This document shows, piece by piece, positions 48,350 through 61,419 of a stretch of 64,000 nucleotides of DNA. The stretch comes from Felis catus (Eukaryota), in contig NC_058376.1 of assembly GCF_018350175.1 (NCBI RefSeq), positions 992,001-1,056,000 of the forward strand. Reading direction: 5' to 3'. The notes under the pieces are model-generated. The model was not told where the DNA came from and made no database searches. It saw only the letters and a list, made by a program, of their open reading frames with translations. The position numbers and the translations under genes are program-made. Each line of letters begins with the position of its first letter. Position 1 is the stretch's first letter.

Positions 48350-49789
48350 GTAAGTAAGTCAGCCACGCTACCTGCTGTTTCTGCTGTCCCAGCTCCTCCC
48401 TCTGGACTCTCGGTCCCGCCCTTTCCGGGGTCACGCCCATGCAGTCACCAGCCCCTGCTCTTTGCTGCGTTCAGTGGTTCCCTCCGGCCTCACTGGCTTC
48501 CTTGCCCTTGCTTGGCAAAAGCCACAACACTGTCAAGTACAGCTCTGGCGAGCGCTCCTGTAACAGAGCAGCACAAGTCCCTGGAGGACAACACAAACTG
48601 AGCTCGCACCTCAGAGCACACACAGGCCGCACGAACAGCATCGTCACACCCTGTCTCCCTTGTCCGGCCACGCTCCCAAATCCCCCAACATTCCTGCGTG
48701 GATCTTAAGCCGAACCATATGTAGTATCTCTTCTTGTAGGTGAATACTGGCAGTTCATGGGGACAAACACCCCCCCCCCCCAGGCTGGCCTGCTCCTCCG
48801 TGGAGGCGGGCCCTCTATCCCTGGGGCCCGCTGCCCTGCCCACCCGCCCTCCACAGCTCTGCAGGAGGCTCTTCCTGCACAGAAAGCCCCGCATCTGCCT
48901 CTGCCAACACGGCTCCTCCCGGCCCCTCTTCCCGAGCGCTCTCAAAACCACCCTCACTGCTCCTCCTCCCTCTTATCTGCGCCCACTTTGGCATTTGTCC
49001 CCACCTGCCCGTCAACAACGTACAAGCCACCGGTGACCTACATGAATGCCAGCCCTCCCACCCGGTGGCAGCCTAAGGCAGGCGTGGCATCGGCTCTGGC
49101 TCCCCACGTGGCTGTCCTCTCAATCCCTTGGCTCAGATCCCTGCAGTCCATCCCAGCCAGTCGGGGACAGGACGCCCAGACTCTGTCCTTGCTCCTCTGC
49201 TTCCTCCTGGCTAGTCCAGCCACTGTGTGCTTAGGTGTCACCTGAATGTCGATGTTGCCCCAAACTTGCCCGATGGCCAGCAACAGGACAGCTCCTTTCA
49301 GCCTTTGCCATCCTTCCAAGCCGGCCTCACACCTTGTGGTCACTCCTGCCTCCCTATCATCGGTCACTTTCCTCCACCAGGAGCCCCCCTGGCTCTACCT
49401 TCCAAACATACCTCACTGCCTCCCGAGACCACCTGCCCAGGGCTCAGGCAGCGGCCACCTCCTAACATACCCGTTTCCCACCCTGGGTCTCCTGAGTGCC
49501 TCTCCTCCACCCAGAAGCCTGAATCGCCCTGCAGGACCCTAATTCTGCTCAGGCCCATCCTCGCCCACTCAGAGTGAAGGCTCTTACGATCTCTCAGGCC
49601 ATCCAACTTCACATCTGCCCCTGCTCACCACAGCCACACTGGCCCCGGCCTTTCCCTCGTCCCCACCCATCACTCTCACACCTTGACTAAAGGGTCACTT
49701 TCTCAATGAGGCCAACTCTCGTGCCTCTACTGGTCACCGATATCCCCGGTTGTGCACACCTATGTACTCAGACACACAATAACTTCCAA

Positions 49790-49878
49790 CTGGGCACACG
49801 CATGTATACACAATAACCATCGATCACACACAAGTATGCACACACACACACTCCCTCACCCAAAATGCCCACACCTGT

Positions 49879-49920
<42 letters not shown>

Positions 49921-50044
49921 ACTAGTGTGTACGCACATACAGACTCCCTACCGTGCACATCTGTTTATGCATACACACTGATGCCCGATTCAGCACATGT
50001 GTGTACACACGATAACCCTCAATCACATGCACGTGTATGCACTA

Positions 50045-50080
<36 letters not shown>
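49790..50080. repeat. CA-rich low-complexity tract with (AC)18 at 49881-49916 and (CA)n at 50048-50080
   Basis: Direct reading of the sequence. Confidence 0.95.
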
Positions 50081-50082
<2 letters not shown>

Positions 50083-50536
50083 GCTCACACCTGCCCTCTC
50101 TTCTCCTCATCCGCGGAGCTCATCAGCTTCTGATACCTTAGGCGTGCGGTCTACCCGTGATGGCCTTCCCTGGGGAGTGTCTGCTGATGCTCTGGCCCAG
50201 ACCAGGGCCTCGCACAGAGCGCGCATTTGTCCTATCTGCTGAGTGACTCTGTTGAACCTGTGGGAGCAATTCGATTCTTCCATCCTCCTTTAGAATCATC
50301 CCTCACATCAATTCTGATCTGAAGCTCTCATCATCCCTGTGTTTCTGACCTGAAGAGAACCGCTGGTGGCCAGAGAAAGGGCAAACATTCTCTGCAGGCG
50401 AAGAGTGACCGTCACCACAGACTCCAGACCGCGTTACCGAAGGAGTGAGATGCCCTTTCTCGTTTCACTACAAATTACCCTGTTAAGGGAAGTGAACAGA
50501 TTGAGAAGCAGGTCTGCGTCTGAGAGGCCGGGAGCA

Positions 50537-50550
50537 CCAGCAGGTGGCGT
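50537..50550 (+). promoter_or_regulatory. Predicted CTCF-like motif
   Basis: CCAGCAGGTGGCGT matches the core at 13/14 positions. This is a motif match only. Confidence 0.3.
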
Positions 50551-51403
50551 GCATCCCCGTCAGGAGGCCCTCTCCACACGCCGCTGGCCAAGTGAGGTTA
50601 ACGGGAGTCAGGGTGCCATTCAAGGTTAGGGACCTCAAAAGAAACGGTCAAGCAAAGGGAGCAACCAGAAGTGAGGACGAGGCCCCGAGTCCGAGTGAGA
50701 GAAGGGAGGGTCAAGATCTGGGCTGAGGTGGGTCAACCAACAGGCACTGAGGTCGGGCGCAGGCAGGGCACAGGTGGGCAGAGCAGGCCGGGGGAGGCAG
50801 GGGTCACAGGTGAGTCATCATCCGGAACAGGATGGGGCCGGGCAGGCAGGTCACCAGCAGGGATAGACGAGAGAGTACCTGGGAGTGTCTCCTTCTCCCG
50901 GCCCGTGGACGCCTGTCCTGCCAGCCCACCTGCTTCCCCGAGGGTGAGGACACTGTCCATCATCTACCAAAAAGCAAGGGAAAAGCGTCACGTTACCAGG
51001 CAACTCAGGAAGGCCGACATCACACGCGCCCCGAAATCCTGCTTGACCCCAAACCCTCATCATTCTCACATTTGGGGTTTGCGGGCACCTTGTCCACTTG
51101 GGATTTGGTCTGCATCCATCGGTAATCTGGCAAGTCCCGGAGCTGCTCCCTGAAGAGACACCGGGTGCCCTGACTGTGCCCCGCTTCCTCGAGGGTGCCC
51201 CCCGCCCCTCCCTGCCTCTGCTCCGGGCGACTCAAAGACCTTCACCCTTTACTTGCAGTGAGTGTACCCTGAGCTTCGCCTCAAAGCTTCGACTGTTCAG
51301 TGTGGCGTTTGACTCACAGTTTATCATCCGAAAGGCGTGCGCACACCCGCACTAAAATCTGGTGACGCTGAGGTGTCCCAGCCAAGCATCACTGTCTACT
51401 TTT

Positions 51404-51432
51404 GAAAAAAATTTTTTTAATGTTTATTTATT

Positions 51433-51479
<47 letters not shown>

Positions 51480-51645
51480 ATGAGCAGGGGAGGGACAGAG
51501 AGAGAGGGAGACACGGAATCCGAAGCAGGCTCCAGGCTCCACGCTGTCAGCACAGAGCCCGACACGGGGCTCAAACCCACGAACATTGAGATCATGACCT
51601 GAGCCGAAGGTGGACACCAAACCGACTGAGCCACCCAGGCGCCCC
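51404..51645 (-). mobile_element. Carnivore SINE with expanded (GA)n
   Basis: TSD reads tcactgtctactttt / tcacagtccacttta. Confidence 0.95.
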
Positions 51646-52024
51646 TCACAGTCCACTTTAACGGAGCAAAGCAACCGAGACGGAGGCCCGCTCATGCACG
51701 GCCATTACCTGCCGAGCGGGTCTTCCCCGGGGCTCCGGCTTCGTGGGCAGTAATGCCAGTGCCTGCCAGCCCCCAACCCACTGGCGAGGGGCCCGGATCT
51801 CAGGGGCTCCTCAGTGGAAGCCAAGCGGCAGAGGAACACTTCCAGAAAAGTCAGATGAAACTGCAAGATGCAGTCATTTTCCTAATCACACCTGATGAAT
51901 TATGTTCCAGAAATAAGCGCTGGATAACAAACACATGCAAAATCTTTAAAGGGACAAGAAACTAACACTTCTCAAGCACTTCTGCATTTTCTCTCCTACA
52001 TCTAACGTTCGCCAGACTAGAAAG

Positions 52025-52105
52025 CAGGTATTGCTACCACCATGTTTATAGAGGAGGAATCAGGCTCAGAGAGGGAAGGCAGTTGGCAGGGTCGCACGTC
52101 CAGTG
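52025..52105 (-). mobile_element. MIR core fragment
   Basis: Contains ccatgtttatagaggaggaatcaggctcagagaggg. Confidence 0.6.
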
Positions 52106-53369
52106 AATCCTACTGGGCAGGTCCGGAGCAGGCCTCCCGAATCCATCCGGTGGGCTGCTGGCCTCTCTGGGGCCCGAGCGTTCTCGGGGAGGAAGCAGGA
52201 GGTATACTCCCTTCAGAGGTGTGGGCAAATTTAGGACGCGCTGCTATTTACAGCATTTTAATGACTATGATTCCGTGTCCCTTCCGTGGAGGAGCAGCGG
52301 TGATGCCAGAACACTCCCTGCTCTGCTGTGCTCTCCGGAGTGGGGGGCGAATCACTTCGGCTCGCGGTTCAGGCTCTTAAACTTCTAAATCATACGAACA
52401 GACCATGAGTTTGGAATAAACTTGACAATATACGTAGATTCTTTTATTAACAGTAACTCTTAAGATTCTTCTTGGTCTTGGGTGGTTTTCATAACTCTTC
52501 AAAGCTATAGATATTTAAATATAAAGAGTAAAAATGTAAACAATGAAAAATAAGACTCCTACTATTTCTGAGCTCACAGTCACTGCTAACGTTCCTTGGT
52601 GGCCCATCCGGAGGTTCTCCGTGCCCCTGGGAGGAAAACGCACAGGTGTTGTTCCACACCCGGCATCTTATTCTTTACAGCAATACATCTCAGAATCGTT
52701 TTGAACCCGCATGCTCCAAGGTACCTCAGCATGAGAAGTGAAATGCTGTACATTTTGCATGTCAGAGAACTTAACCCGAATCTTGTCCATACGGGGCTCT
52801 GGCAACTACACCCCATCACACTCAGGAGTGTTCTTTCTCTAGCTGGTACCTATGGGATTCACTCTCAAACATTGCATCTTCGACAGATGGAGAGGTAAAA
52901 AATGTTCCCTCATCAGGTTAATTGTTTAAGACTGGATAAGGGGCGATGTCTTCAGCGAGGCTGAGCTCCTTTTTATGTTTACTGAACTGTGCGTGTGCGT
53001 GAAAGGCTCTCCCTCACAGCCTTTGTCCATCAGGCAGAAATGGTGATTCACCCAAGAGGGCGCGGAGCTGCGCCCCCCACCTCCCCCGCGAGAGCAGGTA
53101 GCTAGCTATTTTTAGTTCCTTTACTGATAGTCCCTGAACAATGTTCTTAAATCCCGATGTATTGATGAACGGGCCTGGAAGGGCACGAAGCGCACGCGCC
53201 GCGCCCGTCGCCTCCTCCATCGGGCCACCTTATCAGGGTCTGCAGTACTCGAGAGTGTCCTCCCTTCCCTGTGCTCTGCGCACCGGGGGTCCCCACCAGT
53301 CTCTCTCTGTCCTTTCACTCCCTGGGCCACTGCCCTATCTGGAGTCTCTCAGCAAGGGCTTGTGAGAAT

Positions 53370-53830
53370 CACTCTCCCTAAGTTCGCACATGTTTGAAAA
53401 TGTATTACTGAGAAATTTCTTTCCTAAAGATTCAGTATACCTTGCCACGCTTTCATCTAGCATGAAAAACCGCCGTGGAAACATCTGGAGCCAGCCCACT
53501 CCCTCTCCTTTATAAATGATGTAGACATAAATAGAAAAATGGGTAAACGTGGAGAAAAGCACTTCACAAGGAAGAGATCCAAATGACCAAGAAGCACACG
53601 AAGAGGTGCTCGGCCTCATTAGTCATCAAAGGTATGCAAACTGAAGCCAAAACACAGGTCCATATGCACTCACCAGACTGTCTGGCCTGTAGAAGTCTGG
53701 CAGAGCCTCACCGAGTTCTGGCGAGCGTGGGGAGCGCTGGGGGTGCCGAGACGGCAGGCTATTATTTCGTTCGGAAAACCCTTCTGCGCTACAGGAGATG
53801 AGACCACTAACTAATGCAAACACTCTGATG
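53370..53830 (+). mobile_element. Ancient L1M ORF2 3' fragment
   Basis: Contains gcacttcacaaggaagagatccaaatgacc…gtgctcggcctcattagtcatcaaaggtatgcaaactgaagcc. Confidence 0.6.
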
Positions 53831-54495
53831 TGTTCAATCCCGGCCAAAGATAACCAAACAATTTTCACAGGTAGAAAAATACAACAAGCAAACGGTGGAA
53901 ACAAACATAGAAAAGTAACAAGCCCGAGTAAGCGTTATTGGCTTTTGCACAAAACGTGATGAGGAGGGCCGATGCTACGCGCCAGAGGAGGACGGACGTC
54001 CAGGGTGCCGGCTGGAAAGCAGTGCCAGGAGGTCCCTCGTCGGAGGGCGCGTTCTTATTCCTGCACTGTTTCTTCACCAATTTATAAACCTTCCAGAGGC
54101 TCCTGGTTGTGTGCACTCTGAGTGCATTTACAAACAGTAACAGCAGGGCAAAACACCATTAGGACAAAATGACGGCTCAGCACGAGGATCTTTCAGGACA
54201 CGTGGAAATAGCCGCCTGGCGGAACAGAGCGTGACGGAGGGGCCACCTTGGCAGCCTCTCTCACGAGACACACAAACTGGCATCTTTCCAGATGTGGAGG
54301 ATGACAGTACCTCCATATTTTCTGCGGAGTGTGGCGGAAAACATCAAGAATTTGGGAAATCGCTAATAAGTCACATCAATGTTCATCATGGAAATAAAAA
54401 TTAAGTCCATTACGAGACCCCTCTTAGTATGACCCATCGTGCCATCCATATATTTTCTTTGGTGAAGTGGATGTTCAAATCTTTTGGTCATTTTT

Positions 54496-54788
54496 ATGTT
54501 TGTTTTTATTTTTTTAATGTGTATTTATTTATTTTGAGTGTGAGAGCATGCACGCACACGTGGGGGGTCGGGAGGGGGAGAGGGAAAGAGAGAGAGAGAG
54601 AGAGAGACAGAGACAGAGAGAGAGACAGAGAGAGAGACAGAGAGAGAAAGAGAGAGAGGAAGTCCCAAGCACGGTCTGCCCCAACAGTGCAGAGCCAGAC
54701 AGGGGGCTCAATCCCAGGACCTCGAGATCACCACCTGAGCCAAAATCAAGAGTCAGACGCTTAACCCACTGAGCCACCCAGGCGCCCC
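54496..54788 (-). mobile_element. Carnivore SINE
   Basis: Perfect 15-bp TSD cttttggtcattttt is at 54481-54495 and 54789-54803. Confidence 0.96.
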
Positions 54789-56318
54789 CTTTTGGTCATT
54801 TTTAATTACATTGTTTGTTTCCTTAGTATTGCATTTTAAGAGTTCCTCGTACTTTCTGGATACCTTAGATTTGCAAATGTTTTCTCCCAGTCTGTGGCTT
54901 GCTTGTCTTTCCATTCTCTTAACAATGTCTTTTGGAGAGCAGAAAATTTTGAAAATTTTAAATTTAATGTTGTACCATTTACAAATTTCATCTTATACGT
55001 AATGCTTCTTACGTCATAATTAAGAAACTTTGCCTAACACAAGGTCACCAAAGAATGTTTCATGCTATCTTCTTGATGTTTGGTAGTTTTGAGTTTTAGA
55101 TTTAGATTTCTGATTAATTTTACATATGATAGGAGATATGGAGCAAAGATCTTTTATTCTTTTTTGCATGTGAATGTACAATTATTCCAGCACCATTTTT
55201 TGACAAAACTATCATATCACTTTTCCAACGAATTGCCTTGGGACTGTTGTTGAAAATTAATTGACCATATATGTGTAAGCCTATTTCTGGAGTATCTATT
55301 CTGACCCATTCATCTACTTGCCTGTCTTAACACCAACAGCACAGTCTTGATTACCGTGGCTTGTAACGTGTCATGCAATCAAGTGGTGCTAGTTGTCAAA
55401 TTTCTACCCAAACTGCTGGAATTCTGACGAGAAGTCCATTGAACTTACAGATAAATCTGAAGAGAATTAACATCTTAACCATATCGAGTCTTCTGACCCG
55501 TGAGCATGGATCATTCTCCATCTATTTATGTCTTCAATAATTCCTCTCGGCAATGTTGTACTACTGAAAAATTTTTTTTCAATTTCTAATTATTTGTTGC
55601 TAGTAGAAATACAATAGGTTCTTGTAGTTTGTATCCTGTAACCTTGCGAAACTCACCTGTTCTAGCTTCCTTTTTTGGAATCCATAGGACACTCTACATA
55701 GACAAACACGTTGACTGAGAATATAGTTCTCCTTCTTCCTTTCCAATTTCCATGCCTTTTATTTCTTATTGAACCTGATAGGACCTCCTGGAAAATATCT
55801 GCTAGAAGAGGTGAGAACATGTTTCCTTGCCTTCTTCCCGGTTGAAGGGAGAACGCGTTCAGTCCTTCACCATTGCTATGGTATTAGCTGTGGCTTTGTC
55901 ACAGATGCTGTTTATCTGAGAAGCTCCCTTCCGATCCTAGTGTCCTAAAAGGTTTTATTTGGAACAGGTGTTGGATTTTGTCAACTGCTTTTACCATGCA
56001 TTCAGAAGACACTGTGTTTTGGTTTTAGTCTGTTCATATGGTAAATGATACTGATTAATTTTAGAATGTACAAGATACTCTGCATTGCTGGGATAAATCC
56101 CAATTACTTTTTCTATACTTTGTATTCGATTTGCTAAAACTTTGCTAAGTTTTCATGTATTTTCATGAGGAATATTTGTCTACTGTCTTCCTTTTTTAGA
56201 ATATTGTTGCTTGGTTTTGTTATTAGGGTAATGTTGGGTTCGTAAGCTAAATTAGGAAGTGTCCCCTCCTTTTTAATTTTCTGGAAGAGTTTACATAGAA
56301 TCGGCATTATTTCTTCTT

Positions 56319-56539
56319 TATTTTCTTTAATTTTTTAATGTTTATTTATTTTTGAGAGTGAGAGAGACAGAGCATGAGTAGGGGAGGGGCAGAGAGAGAG
56401 GAAGACACAGAATCCGAAGCAGCCTCCAGGCTCTGAGCTGTCAGCGCAGAGGCCGATGCGGGGCTCAAACTCATGGACTGTGAGATCATGACCTGAGCTG
56501 AAGTCAGACGCTTAACCAACTGAGCCACCCAGGTGCCCC
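56319..56539 (-). mobile_element. Carnivore SINE
   Basis: TSD ttatttcttctt flanks the element. Confidence 0.95.
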
Positions 56540-56631
56540 TTATTTCTTCTTAACATATTTGGTAAAATTCACTAGTAAGCCTTTTGGGTCCTGGGCAAGA
56601 AAAGGAGGTTTTCAATCCAAAATCAATTTTT

Positions 56632-56816
56632 ATTTTTCTTTTCATGTTTATTTTTGAGAGAGCAGGGGAGGGACAGAGAGAGGGGTAGACAGAGGATCCG
56701 AAGCAGGGCTCTTTGCTGAAAGCAGAGAGCACAATGTGGGGCTTGAACCCACAAACCACGAGATCATGACTTGAGCCCAAGTGGATGCGTAGCCAACTGA
56801 GCCACCCAGGCACTCC
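56632..56816 (-). mobile_element. Carnivore SINE
   Basis: TSD reads caaaatcaattttt / caaattcaattttt. Confidence 0.92.
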
Positions 56817-57395
56817 TACAAATTCAATTTTTTAACACATATAGCGCTATTGGGACAATCAATGTCTACTTGAGTTAGCTTTGATTCTTCTTTTCAAAAA
56901 GTGTATACATTTCATCTAGGTTATTGAATGTGTTGGCATAGGGCTGATCACAGTATATCCATTTTTTCCTATATCTGGCTAAAGGTTTATCAATGTTATT
57001 GATTTTCTTAAAGAAATGCCATTTGTTTTCATCCATTTTCTCTATCGCTGTGTCTAGTTTATATTGCACTGATTGCTACTATTTCTTTTATTCTACTTAC
57101 TTTAATTTGATCTTGTTTTCCTTCTCCTTAAGGTGGAAATTGAAGTCACTAAGTTGAGACATTTCTTCTTGCCAATAAAGTGTTCAGATTTTCCTTCAGG
57201 TGCTTCTTTAGCTGCATCCCAACTATTTTGATATGTTGTGTTTTCATTTTCATTCATTTCAAAATAGTTTTCATTTCTCTTTTGTTTTTTTCTTGGCCCA
57301 TGGGTTATTTAAAAGTATGTCATTAGTCTTCAGGTATTTGAGGATTTTCCAGATACCTTTCTACTACTGATTCCTAATTTAACTCTATCGTGGTC

Positions 57396-57598
57396 AGAGT
57401 CAGATGCTTAACTGACTGAGCCACCCATGTGTCCCAAGCATCCAACTCTTGATTTTGGTTCAGGTCATGATCTTACGGCTCATGGGATGGAGCCCCACAT
57501 CAGGCTCTGCACTGAGCGTGGAGTCTGCTTGGGATTCTCTTTCTCCCTCTCTCTCTGCCCCTCCCCTGCTCTCGCTCTCAAAAATAAATAAAACTAAA
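57396..57598 (+). mobile_element. Carnivore SINE with an inverted 5' segment
   Basis: 57396-57435 is the reverse complement of SINE nt 1-40. The forward SINE starts at 57436 from about nt 27. Confidence 0.85.
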
Positions 57599-60020
57599 TT
57601 CAAATATCTTTTACCAGAGGCAATGAATATAGTGATTTTAACGGAATTTGTCATCTAAAATATTTCAAATAATCACATGACCCAAAAATTGAATAGGGAC
57701 CTTAAGAGTCCTCTAGGTACACCACGCTCGACCACCCCTATCTCACTTCAGACACCGGGCCACCCACACGGCCCCTGTACCTCCGCTAATAGAGGACACC
57801 CCGCCTCACGCCCTTCCTGACCGACCCTGAAACCTCTGCATCTTCTACTCCGGATCCCTCTGTCCCTACTGTGGTCCCAGTCACACTGCACGCAGCCCCT
57901 TCTCACTCGCCACCCACACTCCGTAGGGCTCGAGTCTTGGGGACTGACCACAACCTTTCACGCGACCTGGTGTGGCGGCCTCACCCAATGCTTACTGCTC
58001 CACTTCGCCCGGCTGGGGTGCGGAGACCAGCGACGACTGCAGCGGGTGTGTGGCCACACTCTTCCAGTGACACTGGCCCCCTGTGTTCAGGACGATCTGC
58101 TGCTCTGAGAGTGCTCAAAACCACTACCCTCCACACCACCCTGCTAATTGAGTTTAAGGTCAAGCAGAATCTCTCTGTCCTACTGAACACCCACCGTGTG
58201 CTTCAAATAGAAGTTCGGTGAACACACCGACCGCCTCACCCCTGGCACCCTGTGTGGGATGTGAGCCCATTGTCTTAGCCTCGAGACGCACCACCTACTG
58301 CACAAGGTCAAGAGGAAAGCTTAATATCACAAAACCCAAAGCCTGGTTCACGGCCACAAGGGCAGCAGTGCCCTGAGGAGGGCGCACCTCTGCTCTGTCC
58401 GCAACAGCGGCGTGCCTCCCTGGCCGCGGCGGAGGGAGGAACGAGCACTTCGAGCCGGGCAGGGGAGCTGGTAGAGACGGCTGCTGGCCCGGCATGCCCA
58501 TTCTTCTCCATCTCCCAGACTCCCAACAAGTAGAGCGAAGAGATCAGGAAGACAAACCGCTGGCGGCCACGAACGGGGAGGCCCTTCTGCAAACTCCCAC
58601 ATGACAGCATGGATGGCTGGGAGTCTGGAGGCCCCTCTGAAGTCCTTCCAGAAAGGCAGCGTGTCACGGAGGCGAGGAGCGGGGAGACACTGGTGCGGTG
58701 CACGGCTGGCTGGTGGAGAAGGCGGGCCCCAGTCACATGGGGTGCCATGTAGCAACCAGAGGCCACAGAGCCTCTCACCCCGTATGAAGATGCTGCTTCC
58801 CAGAGAACCGGCCCAACGTTCAAGGCGCAGCCCACCTGAACTCTAAGCAGCCCAACATCCAAGGACCTGAGACGAGATCCAGGCGAGGGACATGGGGGCC
58901 TCCCAGAATATGTGCACACACTTTGGAGCAAAGATAAGATAGAACTGACCTCTTCAGGGGGCAGCAAACAGAAAGAAAGAAACACAGAAGCCATGAAAAA
59001 ATCCTGCCACGTAAAGAAAACAAAAATACAGTAGGAGGGCAAAGAACACATGTTCGGAAATATGTACAAAAGAAGCATACGCAGGTTCCATCAGTGGCCT
59101 GACATGTGCTTTCAGAGGCAGGTAAGAAGACAAAAACTCGTGGAACGAGGTATTAAGGAATGGTAGGACAGCAGTCTAAAACAAGAAGGAAATAAGATAT
59201 CAAGAAACAAAGTGATAAGAGAATTTAGAACAGCTTCCGACGAAGTAAAGTCCAGATAAACCATAAAACACGCAGGGCTCTGGGGGCTGAGGGGGAACCC
59301 GGGACAGAGAAGGAGTGGACCCAGCGGCTAGCCTACAAGAAGTTACTAACCCATCCGCGTGATGGGAACGCGCCGGCTGCCTGAGTAGGCGGCGACAAGT
59401 CCACGCGGGGGCTCTCACGGACCGGCCACCAGCCCTTCTCACGGGGCCGGTCGGAGCCCGCACACACCTTCACCTTCTGACCGTGGCCCGTACCGCCACC
59501 AGAACCGCGGCTCCCCCAGCCACAGGAGAAGGTTCTACAACACTCTCAGCGGTGGAGACACACTTCCACTGGATTCAAATCCCAGAATAAACATGGAGCA
59601 CAGACAGCAAAGGTGCCAGTGCCACCTGTGGTCCCTGCAGAGAGGAGGCAACAAGGGCACAGGCGGGGCGCGCGAGGCGCAAGCGTCCACACCCGGGTCT
59701 CCCCAGGCCCCTGCCAGCTCCTGGCTCCCCTGCTGGGCAGCGGAATGAGGTCTCCAGGAGGTAGCACCACCAGCTTCTCGTGCGACGGACACATCAAACA
59801 GCAGTGTTTTGAGCAGCCTTCAGTGTTTCTTTTGCTAAACAAATTTAAATCTCCACAACTTCCCAAAAAAAGTCTCCAGATATATTATACTAAGTCTACT
59901 TGAACTGCCAGGAAACTATCACCCAAGAATGTGATAATAATATACTGGGAACTTGAATAACTCTCCCTTCAAATGCATCTGCTTTGCAACCCGCAAGAAA
60001 CCACGATTACATCCCCACAG

Positions 60021-60091
60021 TCTGATGCTAAGTAACAAGAATTCTGCTAATGATTTTCACTGTGTAATTGGAATGCCTTCAGCAATTTACT
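60021..60091 (+). other. Candidate exon (71 nt)
   Basis: Acceptor is atccccacag| and donor is ACT|gtaagt. The single open frame reads LMLSNKNSANDFHCVIGMPSAIY. Confidence 0.25.
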
Positions 60092-60724
60092 GTAAGTAAA
60101 AGCAAAGTCAATAACAATATTCTAAAAGCGAGCACCTCCGATGGTGGAGATCTTCACCTCGTCGAAGGTTTTGTGCTGAGGAGTATGAGGGTGGCCCCGA
60201 GGAGAGACAGTGAAGGCTGCTGGGGCCTCGGTCAGGGCCAGGGCAGACCACACACAGAGGGTCCCCCCGGCCCAGGGGTCTCCCCATAAAAAGGTGAGAA
60301 GACAATCCCACCAGGGTGAGTGTCAAAGAGCAGCTTGGAAGATAGAAGCTCGTGCACCTTGGCGGGCAAGGATGCCGGCGTCGCTCTGGCAACCCGGGTG
60401 GCGGCAGAGACCGAAAGCTCCAGGCACGCTATCAAGCAGTCCGGCAAAAACCACGGCCGCCAGAGGCCATCCGAACGCCCTGGGACTCTGTGCTGCGCCA
60501 CTGCTCCCACTGTGGCTCCTGAAAAGGCACGAACGCCCCTCTTCTCTGAGCCCCTGCCACTGCCCCTCCGCAATGCTCCAGCGCGCAGGGTGCCCGGCCG
60601 GGCGACAAGTAAGCCTGGCGACTGCCTCCCGACGGGCCAGCATGGACCCACTTCTGTCCTCCGAGGGCTGTGCTACCCCGAGTGTAGTCCACTTCCCCAC
60701 ACATCAGGCCCTCTGTTTTGTAAA

Positions 60725-61323
60725 ATGTGGGTGGAAGAGTGCCACCTGGGAAGGTAACATGGTGCAGCTGTGGCTCCTCAGGAAATAATTACCACATGAC
60801 CCAGCAATTCCGTTCCTGGGGATGTGCCCAAAAGAAGTGGGAACTGGTGTTCACACAAAAACTTGTATGTGCATGTTCACAGCAGCACTGTTCACAGGGC
60901 CAAAAGGTGAAGAACCCTAAGGTCCATCAACAGACGGATAATCAGAGTGTGGCCTGTGCATACAGAGGAACGGTACTCAGCCGCACAACGGAACAGAATT
61001 ACGACTTAGGCTGTGCTATGGAAACACCCCAAAACACGCTAAATAAGAGAAGCCAGACACAAAGGCCACACACCACACAATTCCGCTTGTGTGTAACGTC
61101 CAAAACAGGCAAGTCTAGAAGACGGCACGCAGGCTGCTGGTGGCCAGGGTTTAGGGGTGGAGGAGTGCCTCACAGGGACAGGTGTCCTATCGGAGCACCG
61201 ACAGTGGTGAGAGACTAGACGGAGGTAGTATCTGTGCAGCACTGTGAGTGTGCTCCATGCCACTGAGCTGTACGTTTTTAAATGGCTACTTTCAGATTAT
61301 GTGAGTTACGTCTCAATAAAAAA
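60725..61323 (+). mobile_element. L1MB-like 3' end
   Basis: Contains acatgacccagcaattcc…cacacaaaaacttgta…agaagccagacacaaaggccaca…tctcaataaaaaa. Confidence 0.85.
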
Positions 61324-61377
61324 GGGGGAAAGTGGCCACCTCAGAGCTGCTGTTAGGATCAAAAGGGTGTGTTACGT

Positions 61378-61379
<2 letters not shown>

Positions 61380-61415
<36 letters not shown>
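61380..61415. repeat. (GT)18 microsatellite
   Basis: Direct reading of the sequence. Confidence 0.98.

Positions 61416-61419
<4 letters not shown>

Larger units (their letters stand above)
54340..57400 (-). mobile_element. Ancient L1M ORF2, antisense, with SINE insertions
   Basis: Long T-rich antisense ORF2 (attttctttggtgaagtggatgttcaaatc…ttccagcaccatttttgacaaa…). The minus-strand ORF reads FFKKINNIDKPLAR. Confidence 0.85.

Noticed and set aside
50150-50349. Minus-strand exon after the acceptor ctcttcag
   Set aside because: All three frames stop early, and part of it resembles an L2 3' end.
58308-59078. 256-aa minus-strand ORF
   Set aside because: It starts in an A-rich L1-like remnant and has no coherent protein features.
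60125-60134. U6 snRNA-like start GTGCTCGCTT on the minus strand
   Set aside because: Only 10 nt match and the U6 sequence does not continue.
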